Shown here in pieces: positions 46,124 through 55,820 of a stretch of DNA of 64,000 nucleotides. The first letter of the stretch is position 1. Each line of letters begins with the position of its first letter. Both the position numbers and the translations under genes were made by a program. The notes beneath the pieces are model-generated. The model did not search any database and was not told the origin of the DNA. It worked only from the letters and a program-made list of their open reading frames with translations. The DNA lies in the sequence record NC_010821.1, one strand, 5' to 3'.

Positions 46124-47074
46124 ATGAAATATGGATCACTGAGTAAGTACATGGCTGAAGTTGGTGTTGAACCAAGCCAAGAAGATTTCACTGAAGAAGA
46201 AATCGTTTATGATGAAGGCGCACCTGCCCATGTAAATACTGAAACAGAACCATTGGGTGTAGACACCCAACCTGATAACGCACTTTTCAAACAGCTCCAC
46301 ACGATCTCTACAGAAGCTTTGTCTATCGGTAACTTTGCCCGATACTTCTCCCGTAAAGCAGACTCGTTGAATATCACAGTTCAAGAAGGGTTCAAATACC
46401 TGACCACCTATAACTACGAACCAATGGAAACACTACATCCAATGCAGATGGACAACTATGTATCCACATTGGATTTCATGGACCATGAAGATCTTAAAGT
46501 TCCACAACCAACCAGCTTCAAGGGTGAACTACTTCCATATACAGCACTGCTGCTGGAACGCGCCCAGACGATGAACAAAGTTCTGACCAACGTAATTCAG
46601 CCAGCTACCACCCGCTTTGGTCATTACCTGAGCCTGCCTATGGATCGTGCAGAACGTCGTGACTTCGAATATGGTATCAACATCCAAGATGACCGGGATA
46701 AGATGGTTAAGGAAGATGCAGCGTTGTTTGGTAGCAATCGTTCTAGTTCCGCATCACTAGGTCAACTGTTTAACTCGTTCAGTGATTTCGTTTCCGCTGA
46801 GCGTAACATGCAAACAGTAAAAGCTACCTTAGGTGAAGGTGGTATGGATTCTGTTAAGAAAGCCGTACAGGCCCTTACCATTACCGCAGGTGCTCTGATT
46901 AAACGTCTTGGTCAAGACACCAATAACAAACCATCTACTGAGTTTGTTAGAATGATCTCTGATCAACTGACTGAAGTTGCCCGTTGGGTTGAATGGTACG
47001 CAGGTCAAATGACACGCATCATCGAAACTAACAATGCATTGTATGAAGTTGAGAAAGAAATCCTCAAGCTGTAA
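46124..47074 (+). CDS. virion head protein (phiKZ gp153-like)
   Basis: ATG at 46124 after AAGG; acidic N-terminus with S-T-E site; synteny between uvsX and RNase H. Confidence 0.7.
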   Translation: MKYGSLSKYMAEVGVEPSQEDFTEEEIVYDEGAPAHVNTETEPLGVDTQPDNALFKQLHTISTEALSIGNFARYFSRKADSLNITVQEGFKYLTTYNYEPMETLHPMQMDNYVSTLDFMDHEDLKVPQPTSFKGELLPYTALLLERAQTMNKVLTNVIQPATTRFGHYLSLPMDRAERRDFEYGINIQDDRDKMVKEDAALFGSNRSSSASLGQLFNSFSDFVSAERNMQTVKATLGEGGMDSVKKAVQALTITAGALIKRLGQDTNNKPSTEFVRMISDQLTEVARWVEWYAGQMTRIIETNNALYEVEKEILKL

Positions 47075-47116
47075 CGGTATAAAAGCCCTCTCCCGAAGGA
47101 GAGGGCCTTATGCTGC
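47075..47116. terminator. bidirectional stem-loop
   Basis: GCCCTCTCC-CGAA-GGAGAGGGC (TTCG loop on minus) with CTTATGCTG flank. Confidence 0.85.
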
Positions 47117-47118
47117 AT

Positions 47119-47523
47119 TTACCGATGCTTTGCTTCAACACAGTAACCTAGAAGACACTTGATATCAGACTCAAGTTTCTCATCAGTACCATAATTAAGC
47201 CAGCAGGGCATCGACCGGATTATCCGACGAACTACACGATCGCTATTTAAATCTACTTTCTCCAATGGAGGAATGTGTTTCCAGATTACGCTCCCAAACA
47301 GCGTAGGGAACTTCATAGCGTTCGAATCTGCAACCAACTGCATACGCTCATTCAGACGATCAATGCTGTTGTGATCGTATGAACTACACTTAACTAATTG
47401 AGCATGCAGTGAAGCTATTACACACATTCTTCGAAACCCCACGTCACTACGAGCCCACAAGCCATGCCAAAAGCTAATGAGTTTCCGACGTGTGGCTGCT
47501 CTGAATTCAGTAATTAGATTCAT
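47119..47523 (-). CDS. conserved hypothetical protein
   Basis: 134 aa overlapping-adjacent to RNase H. Confidence 0.7.
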   Translation of the reverse strand: MNLITEFRAATRRKLISFWHGLWARSDVGFRRMCVIASLHAQLVKCSSYDHNSIDRLNERMQLVADSNAMKFPTLFGSVIWKHIPPLEKVDLNSDRVVRRIIRSMPCWLNYGTDEKLESDIKCLLGYCVEAKHR

Positions 47524-47533
47524 GAGTTACCCA

Positions 47534-48997
47534 CTATTTTTTCAGTAAGAACTGGGCGTACGGTGATCCAAAGATAGCATGACCATCTTCAGCCGTAAAC
47601 ACAGTTGAATATGAATAGGCACACGGACCCAACGGGATAACCATTATTTCGACCTTAATGCCCTCACAGGCCATTCTATTAAGTTGATTACGGGACGGAA
47701 TGTCAATAGCGAGACAAAGCTTGATATTGACTTTCTGACCCTTGAACTTAATTGGAATGTCAAGGTGTGTAGTGTTCTGAGTAATGGTTTTCTTAAGTTG
47801 AGTAACCGTCTTCTTACCTACTACGACTTCGTAAAAGTCAGCGGTAATGTCAATTAGATCCACCGACTCTCCAAGTTTACCATCAATGTATTCATTAAGC
47901 CGTCTTTCCATCTGACCGAATTCAAACACGGCTTCGTTCGCCATCCTAGGCGGATTGAGAGTCTTACTAATCAACCCCATTTCTGGAGTTGCCAGTACAT
48001 GGATATCATCAAACTTCAGCAGACCGGCTACACCCATCGTTTCGATAGTCTGACGGTAACTAGCTCGACATGCGTTTGTTAAGTTGATAATACCGAGTTC
48101 TGGTAGGTCCGTACCAAGTGCATCGGCATGGAGTTGCTTAAGGCTTTCAAGATATTCATCAAGTTCCTTAGCTTTGTAGACACCAAATGTGGCCTCAGCA
48201 ATACGACGACCAAACAATAAGTCAGCTTTTGCTAGCTTATCTTTAGCCGTATCACGCGGTTTAAAACCAGCGTTATGCATTCGACCCAAGTTATAAGTAT
48301 AGTAAACACCATCGGGCACTAGTCCAGAATTGATGCCAAAAACCATACGGGTTTCAAGCAGCAAAGGTGAAATAGGTTTCTTCTTAAGCTTGGTGACTTT
48401 CTCACCGTCTACTTTAACCTGCACTGGCGTTGATGTAGCTACACCGCCGCCCCGAAGAGCGTTCTGGTCAGCCTTATCATTACCGATGTCGTTACTATGA
48501 CCTTTAACCCACTCGATCTTGAGTTTATACCCACGATCGTCCCAACGTTTCTTCTGCTCTAACAAATCGAGCCAAAGCTCTTTGTTTTCACGCGGAGTTC
48601 CATCAGGCTTTAGCCAATTAGCTTTGATCCACTTATGAACCCACTGCGTTAGACCCTTGATAACGTATTCGGAATCGGGACGCATAACCAAGCTTTGCGC
48701 CCCGGATTCAAATGCGAGTTTAAATCCTTCTATAGCTGCTGTTAACTCAGCCGTATTATTGGTGGCCCGTCCTTCCACCTTACCGAACGCATCGTAAAAC
48801 TCGATAACGGTACAAGTTTCATCTAATGCAACTTCTTTATAACCTTCGGCAGTAGGCTGCTGTTTAGTGCTAGCCTTTGACGACATAGGTTTGTCATGAT
48901 AAGTGTATCCATGGACACCCCATCCCGCCACGTTCTTTTGGAACGACCCATCTGTGTATAACACAATTCCATCACACATCTTAAATACCTCCACCAT
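47534..48997 (-). CDS. rnhA: ribonuclease HI with long C-terminal extension (phiKZ gp155-like)
   Basis: LYTDGS, TNNTAEL, DSEYV, WVKGHS...GNDKAD. Confidence 0.92.
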   Translation of the reverse strand: MVEVFKMCDGIVLYTDGSFQKNVAGWGVHGYTYHDKPMSSKASTKQQPTAEGYKEVALDETCTVIEFYDAFGKVEGRATNNTAELTAAIEGFKLAFESGAQSLVMRPDSEYVIKGLTQWVHKWIKANWLKPDGTPRENKELWLDLLEQKKRWDDRGYKLKIEWVKGHSNDIGNDKADQNALRGGGVATSTPVQVKVDGEKVTKLKKKPISPLLLETRMVFGINSGLVPDGVYYTYNLGRMHNAGFKPRDTAKDKLAKADLLFGRRIAEATFGVYKAKELDEYLESLKQLHADALGTDLPELGIINLTNACRASYRQTIETMGVAGLLKFDDIHVLATPEMGLISKTLNPPRMANEAVFEFGQMERRLNEYIDGKLGESVDLIDITADFYEVVVGKKTVTQLKKTITQNTTHLDIPIKFKGQKVNIKLCLAIDIPSRNQLNRMACEGIKVEIMVIPLGPCAYSYSTVFTAEDGHAIFGSPYAQFLLKK

Positions 48998-49021
48998 TAA
49001 ATTCCTGATCTAGATCATTGT

Positions 49022-49453
49022 CTATTTCAGTACATTGTTAGTACAGGTCTCCATCCACTTTAAGTGGGCTTGCTCGTATTCGGAGTGCATTTTATCGATG
49101 TGAGTTTGAAGCTCTTTCATTTTTACGCCTATCATCTTGTCTAAAGCCGGTAGATCTTTAGCAGTTGCCAAATCGACAGCTGTAAGATATTTAGGTTTCT
49201 GAGCATCGCGGGGTAGGACGAAAGCATCACAAGAAACTAACTTACGTTCCTTAGTGGGCTGTTTTACTTTCGGGGTCACCCGGTCCGATACCTCTTTCGT
49301 TTGTTGTTCTTGCCGCCAGGTCGACGTAGAGGTAGATTCATAATGAACCACCGTATTCTGATTTTCATTGACGTATGTAGGTGCGTAAACCACGCACGCA
49401 GAAAGGGTAAGGCATACGCCTAGTAGTAAAGCAATTTTAGACATGTGGTTCAT
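49022..49453 (-). CDS. predicted lipoprotein
   Basis: MSKIALLLGVCLTLSA-C lipobox; C-terminal coiled coil. Confidence 0.7.
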   Translation of the reverse strand: MNHMSKIALLLGVCLTLSACVVYAPTYVNENQNTVVHYESTSTSTWRQEQQTKEVSDRVTPKVKQPTKERKLVSCDAFVLPRDAQKPKYLTAVDLATAKDLPALDKMIGVKMKELQTHIDKMHSEYEQAHLKWMETCTNNVLK

Positions 49454-49466
49454 CCCCTTAAAGGTC

Positions 49467-49754
49467 TTATTTCAGAATATCGCCGAACATCTGACGACGA
49501 AGCAACAAAGCGTCTGTGGCTTTCGATTCATCAGGCTTAGCACACATACTCTCGATGAGTATAAGTTTCTCTGACTTAGCTACACTAAGCTCAACCGTGG
49601 TGTAGAACTGCATTAGGATCGAAATCGCCAAGCAGCCATATACAACAAGGATGTGCAGATTTGCCAGCGCAATTTCTTTTATAGTGAGGTCCCCAAAGAG
49701 AGCTCGCCGAAAGAATGGCCAAAAAAGGAGCAAGGCTCGAATAGTCAAACTCAC
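49467..49754 (-). CDS. small membrane protein
   Basis: GTG start with GAGGA RBS; hydrophobic segments (ALLLFWPFF; LHILVVYGCLAISILMQF). Confidence 0.6.
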   Translation of the reverse strand: MSLTIRALLLFWPFFRRALFGDLTIKEIALANLHILVVYGCLAISILMQFYTTVELSVAKSEKLILIESMCAKPDESKATDALLLRRQMFGDILK

Positions 49755-49940
49755 CGGAATATCCTCAGGTCAGTAATAAACTAAGCCTACCCATGTAACC
49801 ATAAAGGCTGAAGCATAGACTTGTTGACGGTATTGGTTCTACTAAAGCAAAACTATACCCGACGATTTAAATTAACGCAAGTAGAATTACTGATTGTATA
49901 GATGGTGTTCCATCAAAGCTCTACTCACGAGGAAAGTACA

Positions 49941-51251
49941 ATGTACGAATTGAAAGGCTTTTTCGAATATCCAGCGTATATCAATAACACGGTGGATACA
50001 GTAGCTGTTCTCGGTGAGATCTCCGACAACAGTCTAACCTATGCAAAAGACAAGACTATCCTAACCGGGTCGTCCACCCCAAACGTAGGTCTGATCTCAT
50101 TTCATAGTGTAAGGGACGAAAATGTCGTTCCAGTTGAAGGTGTGTACTATGAACAAACATTGAAGCTCGGTGAGTATATCTTTAACCAAGCTCAAGCAGG
50201 TACTATCACCAACAACCCAACGGCTTTACGTCAGATGATCATGGCCGAGTTTAGCGGCATTGTTCTGGACTTTACGTCTGGTGTAATGCTGACTAACGGT
50301 AACGTTTGGATGCCCGAGTATATCGAGGTTAAGCTCGCTACTCTGGATAATGAAGATAACCGGGTAATCGTTTGGTTAGCTGATGATTCTTTCGCCGCCC
50401 AGTATGATGGGTATGTGATTGAAGTCATTCAGCCTATTTTACCAGTTGATGATTTCTTTAAAGATCCATTGCAAGTAAAGATTCTTCTGGACTCCTACAA
50501 CATCGTTGAGAAACTTGAAGAAGCTCAAGCTCGCCGGGCTCAGTATCCGTATACTCATCTTCGAGCATTCGAATTTGATTACGTAAACCCTGCTGATCAG
50601 ACTAAACGTTGGTCAGCTAAGTGGTTGGTGATCATCTATGGTGAAGCAGGTAATAACCCCGATATCATCAAAGATGCTATCGTTAAAGATATTCTGGACC
50701 AGTCCACACATCCACGGGAAGATTGGGAAACTATCCTCCCAGATTTGTTTCTGACCACCGAGTTTATCTTTACCCCACTGTGGACCAAATACTCGGTACC
50801 TAACTCAGATTTCCGAGCTGGTCTGTATTCCCCAGTCTTCGACCCTAACACTGATATTAATCTGGTATTGCGTACTGCACGTGGACCTGCTTACACCGAC
50901 GTGTTTGTTCGAGCTAACTATCAGTCCAGTGTTAACATCTATAAGTCTCTGGCTTTTGGTGTTGTCGGTAACCCACAGAACCGTAATGGTGTAACTAAGT
51001 TCTATACGAAGTTCCCTGACTACGTTGTAACTGAGGTTGGTAGCGGTGATGCTAACCGTGTTAGTCCTGAAACGCTGGAGTGGATGATGCTGTTCTCAAC
51101 GCTGATCAAAGCGGCTGAGACCATGACTCGCTACACCAGTGTGCCACGCGGGATCTCTCGTATGGTTCGTGATGGTATTGTGTATGCTTCGGCATTCTAT
51201 AAGAACGTCAACTATCTGGTCGCTGCTAAATCATCGGTTGAATCGATTTAA
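49941..51251 (+). CDS. virion structural protein (phiKZ gp157-like)
   Basis: ATG at 49941 after GAGGA; GELS..S.TY, VWLAD..F..QYD.Y.I motifs. Confidence 0.7.
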   Translation: MYELKGFFEYPAYINNTVDTVAVLGEISDNSLTYAKDKTILTGSSTPNVGLISFHSVRDENVVPVEGVYYEQTLKLGEYIFNQAQAGTITNNPTALRQMIMAEFSGIVLDFTSGVMLTNGNVWMPEYIEVKLATLDNEDNRVIVWLADDSFAAQYDGYVIEVIQPILPVDDFFKDPLQVKILLDSYNIVEKLEEAQARRAQYPYTHLRAFEFDYVNPADQTKRWSAKWLVIIYGEAGNNPDIIKDAIVKDILDQSTHPREDWETILPDLFLTTEFIFTPLWTKYSVPNSDFRAGLYSPVFDPNTDINLVLRTARGPAYTDVFVRANYQSSVNIYKSLAFGVVGNPQNRNGVTKFYTKFPDYVVTEVGSGDANRVSPETLEWMMLFSTLIKAAETMTRYTSVPRGISRMVRDGIVYASAFYKNVNYLVAAKSSVESI

Positions 51252-51255
51252 AATG

Positions 51256-51280
51256 AGGAGAGGGAAACCTCTCCTTTTAT
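51256..51280 (+). terminator. stem-loop AGGAGAGG-GAAA-CCTCTCCT-TTTAT
   Basis: 8-bp stem, GNRA loop, T tail. Confidence 0.75.
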
Positions 51281-51293
51281 AACGGAGCCCCAC

Positions 51294-51779
51294 ATGAAAA
51301 TCTTTGAACTCCCTTTATCGGTAAACACGTTGGGTTCCGATCCAACTCTTCATTTATTTAATGCTTTAAATGAAGCGTACCCTGAATACGAACTAACCCG
51401 TGAGAACTCCAGGATTCTAAAGATCCAGCCCGCGGTTACCAGTACGTATCCCAATCTGACCTACCTCAGGATTCAGAAAGGGGATGATCCAGAGGACGTT
51501 TTCGAATTCTTTTATAATCGTTACAACATCAATGACTATATAACTAACCCGTTGTTTACAGCCAGTGAAGCTGCACAGGCTGCCGCTCTACCAAACTCGG
51601 CAAAACTAGTTGATGTGATTTCAGCCAAGGTTCAATTGAACATGCAACCTAATGACTTCTGGACCAGTATCAATAGCCTTGATTATAGTGGTGGTACAGA
51701 TGGACCTAACTGGTCAATGCAATCGGTTTACGATTCAGTTTACTGGTGTGGCAGTATGTATGTATGGTTACACACCTAA
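51294..51779 (+). CDS. virion structural protein (Y-x-R family)
   Basis: GGAG RBS; LFNALNEAYP..FFYNRYNI; S.YW.GS C-terminus. Confidence 0.7.
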   Translation: MKIFELPLSVNTLGSDPTLHLFNALNEAYPEYELTRENSRILKIQPAVTSTYPNLTYLRIQKGDDPEDVFEFFYNRYNINDYITNPLFTASEAAQAAALPNSAKLVDVISAKVQLNMQPNDFWTSINSLDYSGGTDGPNWSMQSVYDSVYWCGSMYVWLHT

Positions 51780-51802
51780 GACAATCTTCAAGAGTTAAAC
51801 AC

Positions 51803-52426
51803 ATGGCTAATAACCTTATTCCAAAAGTAGGTACGAAAGGTAGGTTTGTATTAAAGCCACCGTTCGACGCTGCGATGATTCCGAATACGCTCTACACCAT
51901 GACCGCGGAGCGGACATTCGACGAGATCGATACATTCGGCACCAACATCTATACTCAGTTCTACCAACCTTTCAATATACCTGAAGCGCAGGTAGCGACT
52001 GATCGCGCAGCGGGTGCGGTCATTATTACATTGATGGCCGACTCAGCCCGCCCTTTATATGTCCCATCGACATATGTACAGTCATACCCAGATCTCAACT
52101 ATAAACCGTATAATCAATACATCGCGGTTCTGTCTTTTGGTCCTCTGGCAGACGATACTTTGTTTGAACCTACCGTCCAAGCACTGAAGAATACAACCAG
52201 TGAGTTCTTGGGTGTAGAACCTGAAGTTCATATTGCATTCATGCCGTTAACAGACATCATCACACCTGAGCAACATGATAACCAAGAAGCTGCACGGCAG
52301 GCCGCTATTAGTAATCGCAGTACCGATTATGCCCGTCTTTACGAAGTTCAAGCGCAGAACGCTCAACTTCAACAACGCGTCAACATCCTTGAGAAGATCG
52401 TTAAAGACAACGGTCTACTTGATTAA
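51803..52426 (+). CDS. virion structural protein
   Basis: ATG at 51803; P.VGTKGRF.LK.PF, LYVPSTYV.SYP, LS.GPL motifs; C-terminal coiled coil. Confidence 0.7.
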   Translation: MANNLIPKVGTKGRFVLKPPFDAAMIPNTLYTMTAERTFDEIDTFGTNIYTQFYQPFNIPEAQVATDRAAGAVIITLMADSARPLYVPSTYVQSYPDLNYKPYNQYIAVLSFGPLADDTLFEPTVQALKNTTSEFLGVEPEVHIAFMPLTDIITPEQHDNQEAARQAAISNRSTDYARLYEVQAQNAQLQQRVNILEKIVKDNGLLD

Positions 52427-52432
52427 CAACCT

Positions 52433-52443
52433 TATGTAGAACT
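52433..52443 (+). promoter_or_regulatory. putative late promoter TATGTAGAACT
   Basis: Same 11-mer as 5389; upstream of the head-protein pair. Confidence 0.5.
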
Positions 52444-52469
52444 ACATCCCTATTACCCGGAGTAATTAA

Positions 52470-54311
52470 ATGTCTCGAGTTAAATTATTCGACTTCATCG
52501 GTTCGATTGCAAACGAATCGGTAAGTCATGACGCTGCAACGCACGTCGAAGTGAATACCAAAAACGATCTTCCTAAAAACGTACAGGAAGATACCGACAA
52601 AGTGGAAGTTGATAAAGACGTATCGGCTGATGCAACCAATACCAAAACTAGTGAGCCAGGTCCTAAGGACGGCGGTGGTGACGGTACGGCTGAATTCCAT
52701 TCTGCTGAGAAAGCTGCCACCCACATGAAAGTTGGAGATGTCGCCAAAAATATCGATCGTGATCAAAACGGTGGTCGTGACATCGACACCCTGCCTAACA
52801 AGGTAAACGCCAAAGATGGTTTGAGCTCAAGTGACATTAGTACTTCGGTTGAAGAACATTCTGATAAAGTCGAATCCGAATCTGAAGCAACTGAACTGGA
52901 GTCGATGGACGCTAGTGGTGCAGAAGAAGTTGGTGCAGCAGACGACATGATTGTCGATCTGGATTCCGAAGAAATGGAAATCTCTGGTCTGACTGAAGCC
53001 ACTGATAAAGGCCTGTCGGTAGCCGACGCTGCTTTCGCTAAAGTAGACGAACTCAATAAAGGCGTTGCCTCGATTGAGCGCTACATTGAGATGCTTGATC
53101 GCATTGATCGAGCCGGTCGTGAGTTTACTCCTGAACTCCGTCAGTCTATTAGCTGGGGTCTGGAATCGATCGATGGCGAACTGTTCTTTGATGAACGCGT
53201 AGCACTGGAATCGTGTGATCCGTCTGCACGCGTATCGCTTGAAGCTACAGGCGTGGCTGCCTCCGGTGCCCGCGAAGGTACTATTGATGATGGTGAAGAT
53301 CCGGGCGAAGTAAGTAAGGGTCTGAGTGCCAAACTTAAGAAACTGGTTGAAGCCAGTATCCGAATGTTCTGGCGTGCTGTTAATGCCGTAGTCGACATCT
53401 TCAACCACATGACCGGTGACATGAAGAAGATTCGTGACCATCTGTCTGACCTGCGTTCTAAAGCTAAGGTGCTGGATGGCGGTAAAGAGTTTAAAATGAA
53501 AGGCGCTCATCGCTTGATGGTTGGTGATGAATTTGTTGGTGATGGTCGTCAAGCTGTTGATCGTGTAACCCGCGTAGCTAACGAGCTGTTGATCGCATGG
53601 CCTAACCAACTCGGTAAGATCGTACAGAAGTGGGGTCAAGGTCGTCGTGGGGCAATGAGTAAGACTGAAGATGGTCATAACAACCATATCAATGAAGCTC
53701 GCCTGAAAGATGAATTTGCTGACGCCATTCGCCGTTCCTTCCGTGATATGCAAGCCCTGAGCCCTAATGACCGCGACAAAGTACCGTCCGGTTTCTTGGG
53801 TGTGGATAAGTTGATGTGGTCCGGTCCTCTGGCTGGCAACCGTGCTCTTTACATCGGTACCTCCGATGGCGGTAAGGACATGAAAGGTGCCATCAACTTT
53901 AGCTTCTCGGCTATTCCAGGTGAATCCACTCACGCTGGTGAAATTACCGTTGAGACCCCAACTGCTGGTGAGGCAATCGCCATCATTCGTGAACTTGAGA
54001 AAATGACTCATTTCATCGATGACGCCAAGCAAGGTATGAATACTATCAAGAAAGTCTACGATGGTATCTTCGGTGATTCAATCGAGCGTTTCTCACGTAC
54101 CGTGGCCTCTACACCACAGATGGAAGAATACTACCGTGGTGGTGATCTTGCTCTGACTGTATCACGTGTTACCTTTGATGCTAACCGTGAGTTCTTGGGT
54201 TACATGACCAGTATGGTTAAAGCCTACATTGGCTTCATCAGTGCTTCTATGAAAGCTGAAGGTGGTGGTGAGCAAGGGGACATCGAAGGTTCGGCAACCC
54301 GCGTAGATTAA
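52470..54311 (+). CDS. inner-head/ejection-type protein (phiKZ gp162-like)
   Basis: Long acidic propeptide with many S/A/G-x-E sites (SVE, GLE, ALE, SLE), then conserved helical domain. Confidence 0.75.
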   Translation: MSRVKLFDFIGSIANESVSHDAATHVEVNTKNDLPKNVQEDTDKVEVDKDVSADATNTKTSEPGPKDGGGDGTAEFHSAEKAATHMKVGDVAKNIDRDQNGGRDIDTLPNKVNAKDGLSSSDISTSVEEHSDKVESESEATELESMDASGAEEVGAADDMIVDLDSEEMEISGLTEATDKGLSVADAAFAKVDELNKGVASIERYIEMLDRIDRAGREFTPELRQSISWGLESIDGELFFDERVALESCDPSARVSLEATGVAASGAREGTIDDGEDPGEVSKGLSAKLKKLVEASIRMFWRAVNAVVDIFNHMTGDMKKIRDHLSDLRSKAKVLDGGKEFKMKGAHRLMVGDEFVGDGRQAVDRVTRVANELLIAWPNQLGKIVQKWGQGRRGAMSKTEDGHNNHINEARLKDEFADAIRRSFRDMQALSPNDRDKVPSGFLGVDKLMWSGPLAGNRALYIGTSDGGKDMKGAINFSFSAIPGESTHAGEITVETPTAGEAIAIIRELEKMTHFIDDAKQGMNTIKKVYDGIFGDSIERFSRTVASTPQMEEYYRGGDLALTVSRVTFDANREFLGYMTSMVKAYIGFISASMKAEGGGEQGDIEGSATRVD

Positions 54312-54320
54312 GGAACCAGT

Positions 54321-55514
54321 ATGACTACCCGATCCGACTATAAAACACTTATTCATGATTGGGAAAAGACTGGCAAGCTGTTTGCTTCTTTAGAACGATA
54401 CCAAGCAATCCTTGGTGACGAAGAAGTATCCAGTGAAGACGTAGCTTTCGTAATGAGTACTGCTCTTGAAAACATCGACCCTGAGTTCGATATCAAAGAG
54501 GGTAGTACCATTACTCTGCGCGCTATTAAAGAAGCACTCGTTGCAGCAGCTAAGGTCGCATGGGAAATCCTTAAACAGATCTACCAGTACCTTAACGCCT
54601 TGTATGTTCGATTCACTGGGAGTATCCGTCGTGTACGGGGCAATCAGGTTCGAGTGATGCGACGCTTGGCTTCTTTGGGATCTAAGACCTCGTATTCCAG
54701 TACGATCAACGTAGCTGGTTTGCAAAGACTTAGTGTTGACGGTAAGTTCGTCGGTATCGATATGTCCAACCTTCAGGACATTAAAGCTATCGCCAACTAT
54801 ACCCTCACTGTTTATCCACGTTGCGTAACGCAGATTGCACGTAATGCAAGCCGTCAATTCCTTAACCTTTTGGATACCGCTAATGGCGAAAATAACAAAG
54901 AAGTAAGTAAGCAACTTATTGAGGTGCTATCTGAGATCTTTGAACGTAATTTTCGTGAGCCGCCAGACTCGTCCGATGTACGTCAAGGTGAGATTGGTGG
55001 ACAAACTAAGTTCCTAAAGCGTAGTACTGCTCTGGTGGGTAACTCTGCATTTGTCTACACCGATCCACGTGTGATCGGTAATGAGTTCGGTAAGACTAAC
55101 GGTAATGCAGCTGATACCGTAGCCAGTGCCTTACACATGAACTTCCAAGAACTCAGTTTAAACGTAGCCGACAAATCTGAGCGTGAGATTGAGTTACCTA
55201 CCGTACGTGATCTTACACAACTGACTGAAGAGATCTCGAGAATCCTGACTATCGCTGAAAAGGCGGAATCAGGTAGACGTGATTTCAACTCGGTTAAAAC
55301 AGTTGTTGACGATGCTATTCGTCAAGCTATGGACAGCACCGAAAACAAAGCGGTTATACCTGTAGCACAGACGGTAATGACTGTACTGGGTGAAGTATCT
55401 AAGAAGCTCGCTGAGCCAATGGATAACTTCATGCATTGGTTAGCCATTACTCTGAACGTCTGGTTGAACTTCATCGATCACTGTGTTGACCACTATGAAC
55501 GTGAAGGTATCTGA
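54321..55514 (+). CDS. inner-head/ejection-type protein (phiKZ gp163-like)
   Basis: Paralogue of the previous gene (RL..DG.FVG motif); SLE and ALE sites. Confidence 0.75.
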   Translation: MTTRSDYKTLIHDWEKTGKLFASLERYQAILGDEEVSSEDVAFVMSTALENIDPEFDIKEGSTITLRAIKEALVAAAKVAWEILKQIYQYLNALYVRFTGSIRRVRGNQVRVMRRLASLGSKTSYSSTINVAGLQRLSVDGKFVGIDMSNLQDIKAIANYTLTVYPRCVTQIARNASRQFLNLLDTANGENNKEVSKQLIEVLSEIFERNFREPPDSSDVRQGEIGGQTKFLKRSTALVGNSAFVYTDPRVIGNEFGKTNGNAADTVASALHMNFQELSLNVADKSEREIELPTVRDLTQLTEEISRILTIAEKAESGRRDFNSVKTVVDDAIRQAMDSTENKAVIPVAQTVMTVLGEVSKKLAEPMDNFMHWLAITLNVWLNFIDHCVDHYEREGI

Positions 55515-55554
55515 CGACATATTGCCCAGCCTTAGTGGCTGGGCTTTATGCCGC
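55513..55554. terminator. bidirectional stem-loop
   Basis: GCCCAGCC-TTAGT-GGCTGGGC with GACGACATA / CTTTATGCCG flanks. Confidence 0.8.
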
Positions 55555-55820
55555 TACGATGTAGTGGTTAAGTTAGGTCGTCCAGTTGCGGTGTCGCCAC
55601 AACTAGCTCGTGATCCAGCCATGCAGACCGGAATACCATTTACAAATACCTTAGCGGAACCTGTAATCATCACTGCACCTTGGTGCGGGCCAGATCCATG
55701 TGGTACAACTTCACAACCTACGACGGCTAAAGGGTTACTGTTGTAGAAGACCTTCTCGTTAGGTCCCGGTTTAATGATACCTCCTGCGGTATCCAAGTTG
55801 CATACGGAAATACCTGCCAT
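55554..55820 (-). CDS. PAAR-like spike tip protein
   Basis: PHG.GPH, GS..VFVNG.P, RASCG motifs; ATG at 55820 overlaps the spike stop. Confidence 0.88.
   Translation of the reverse strand: MAGISVCNLDTAGGIIKPGPNEKVFYNSNPLAVVGCEVVPHGSGPHQGAVMITGSAKVFVNGIPVCMAGSRASCGDTATGRPNLTTTS

Noticed and set aside
52827-54032. 401-aa antisense ORF in the gp162-like gene
   Set aside because: Same-register shadow ORF; likewise 14637..15404 and 45377..46009.
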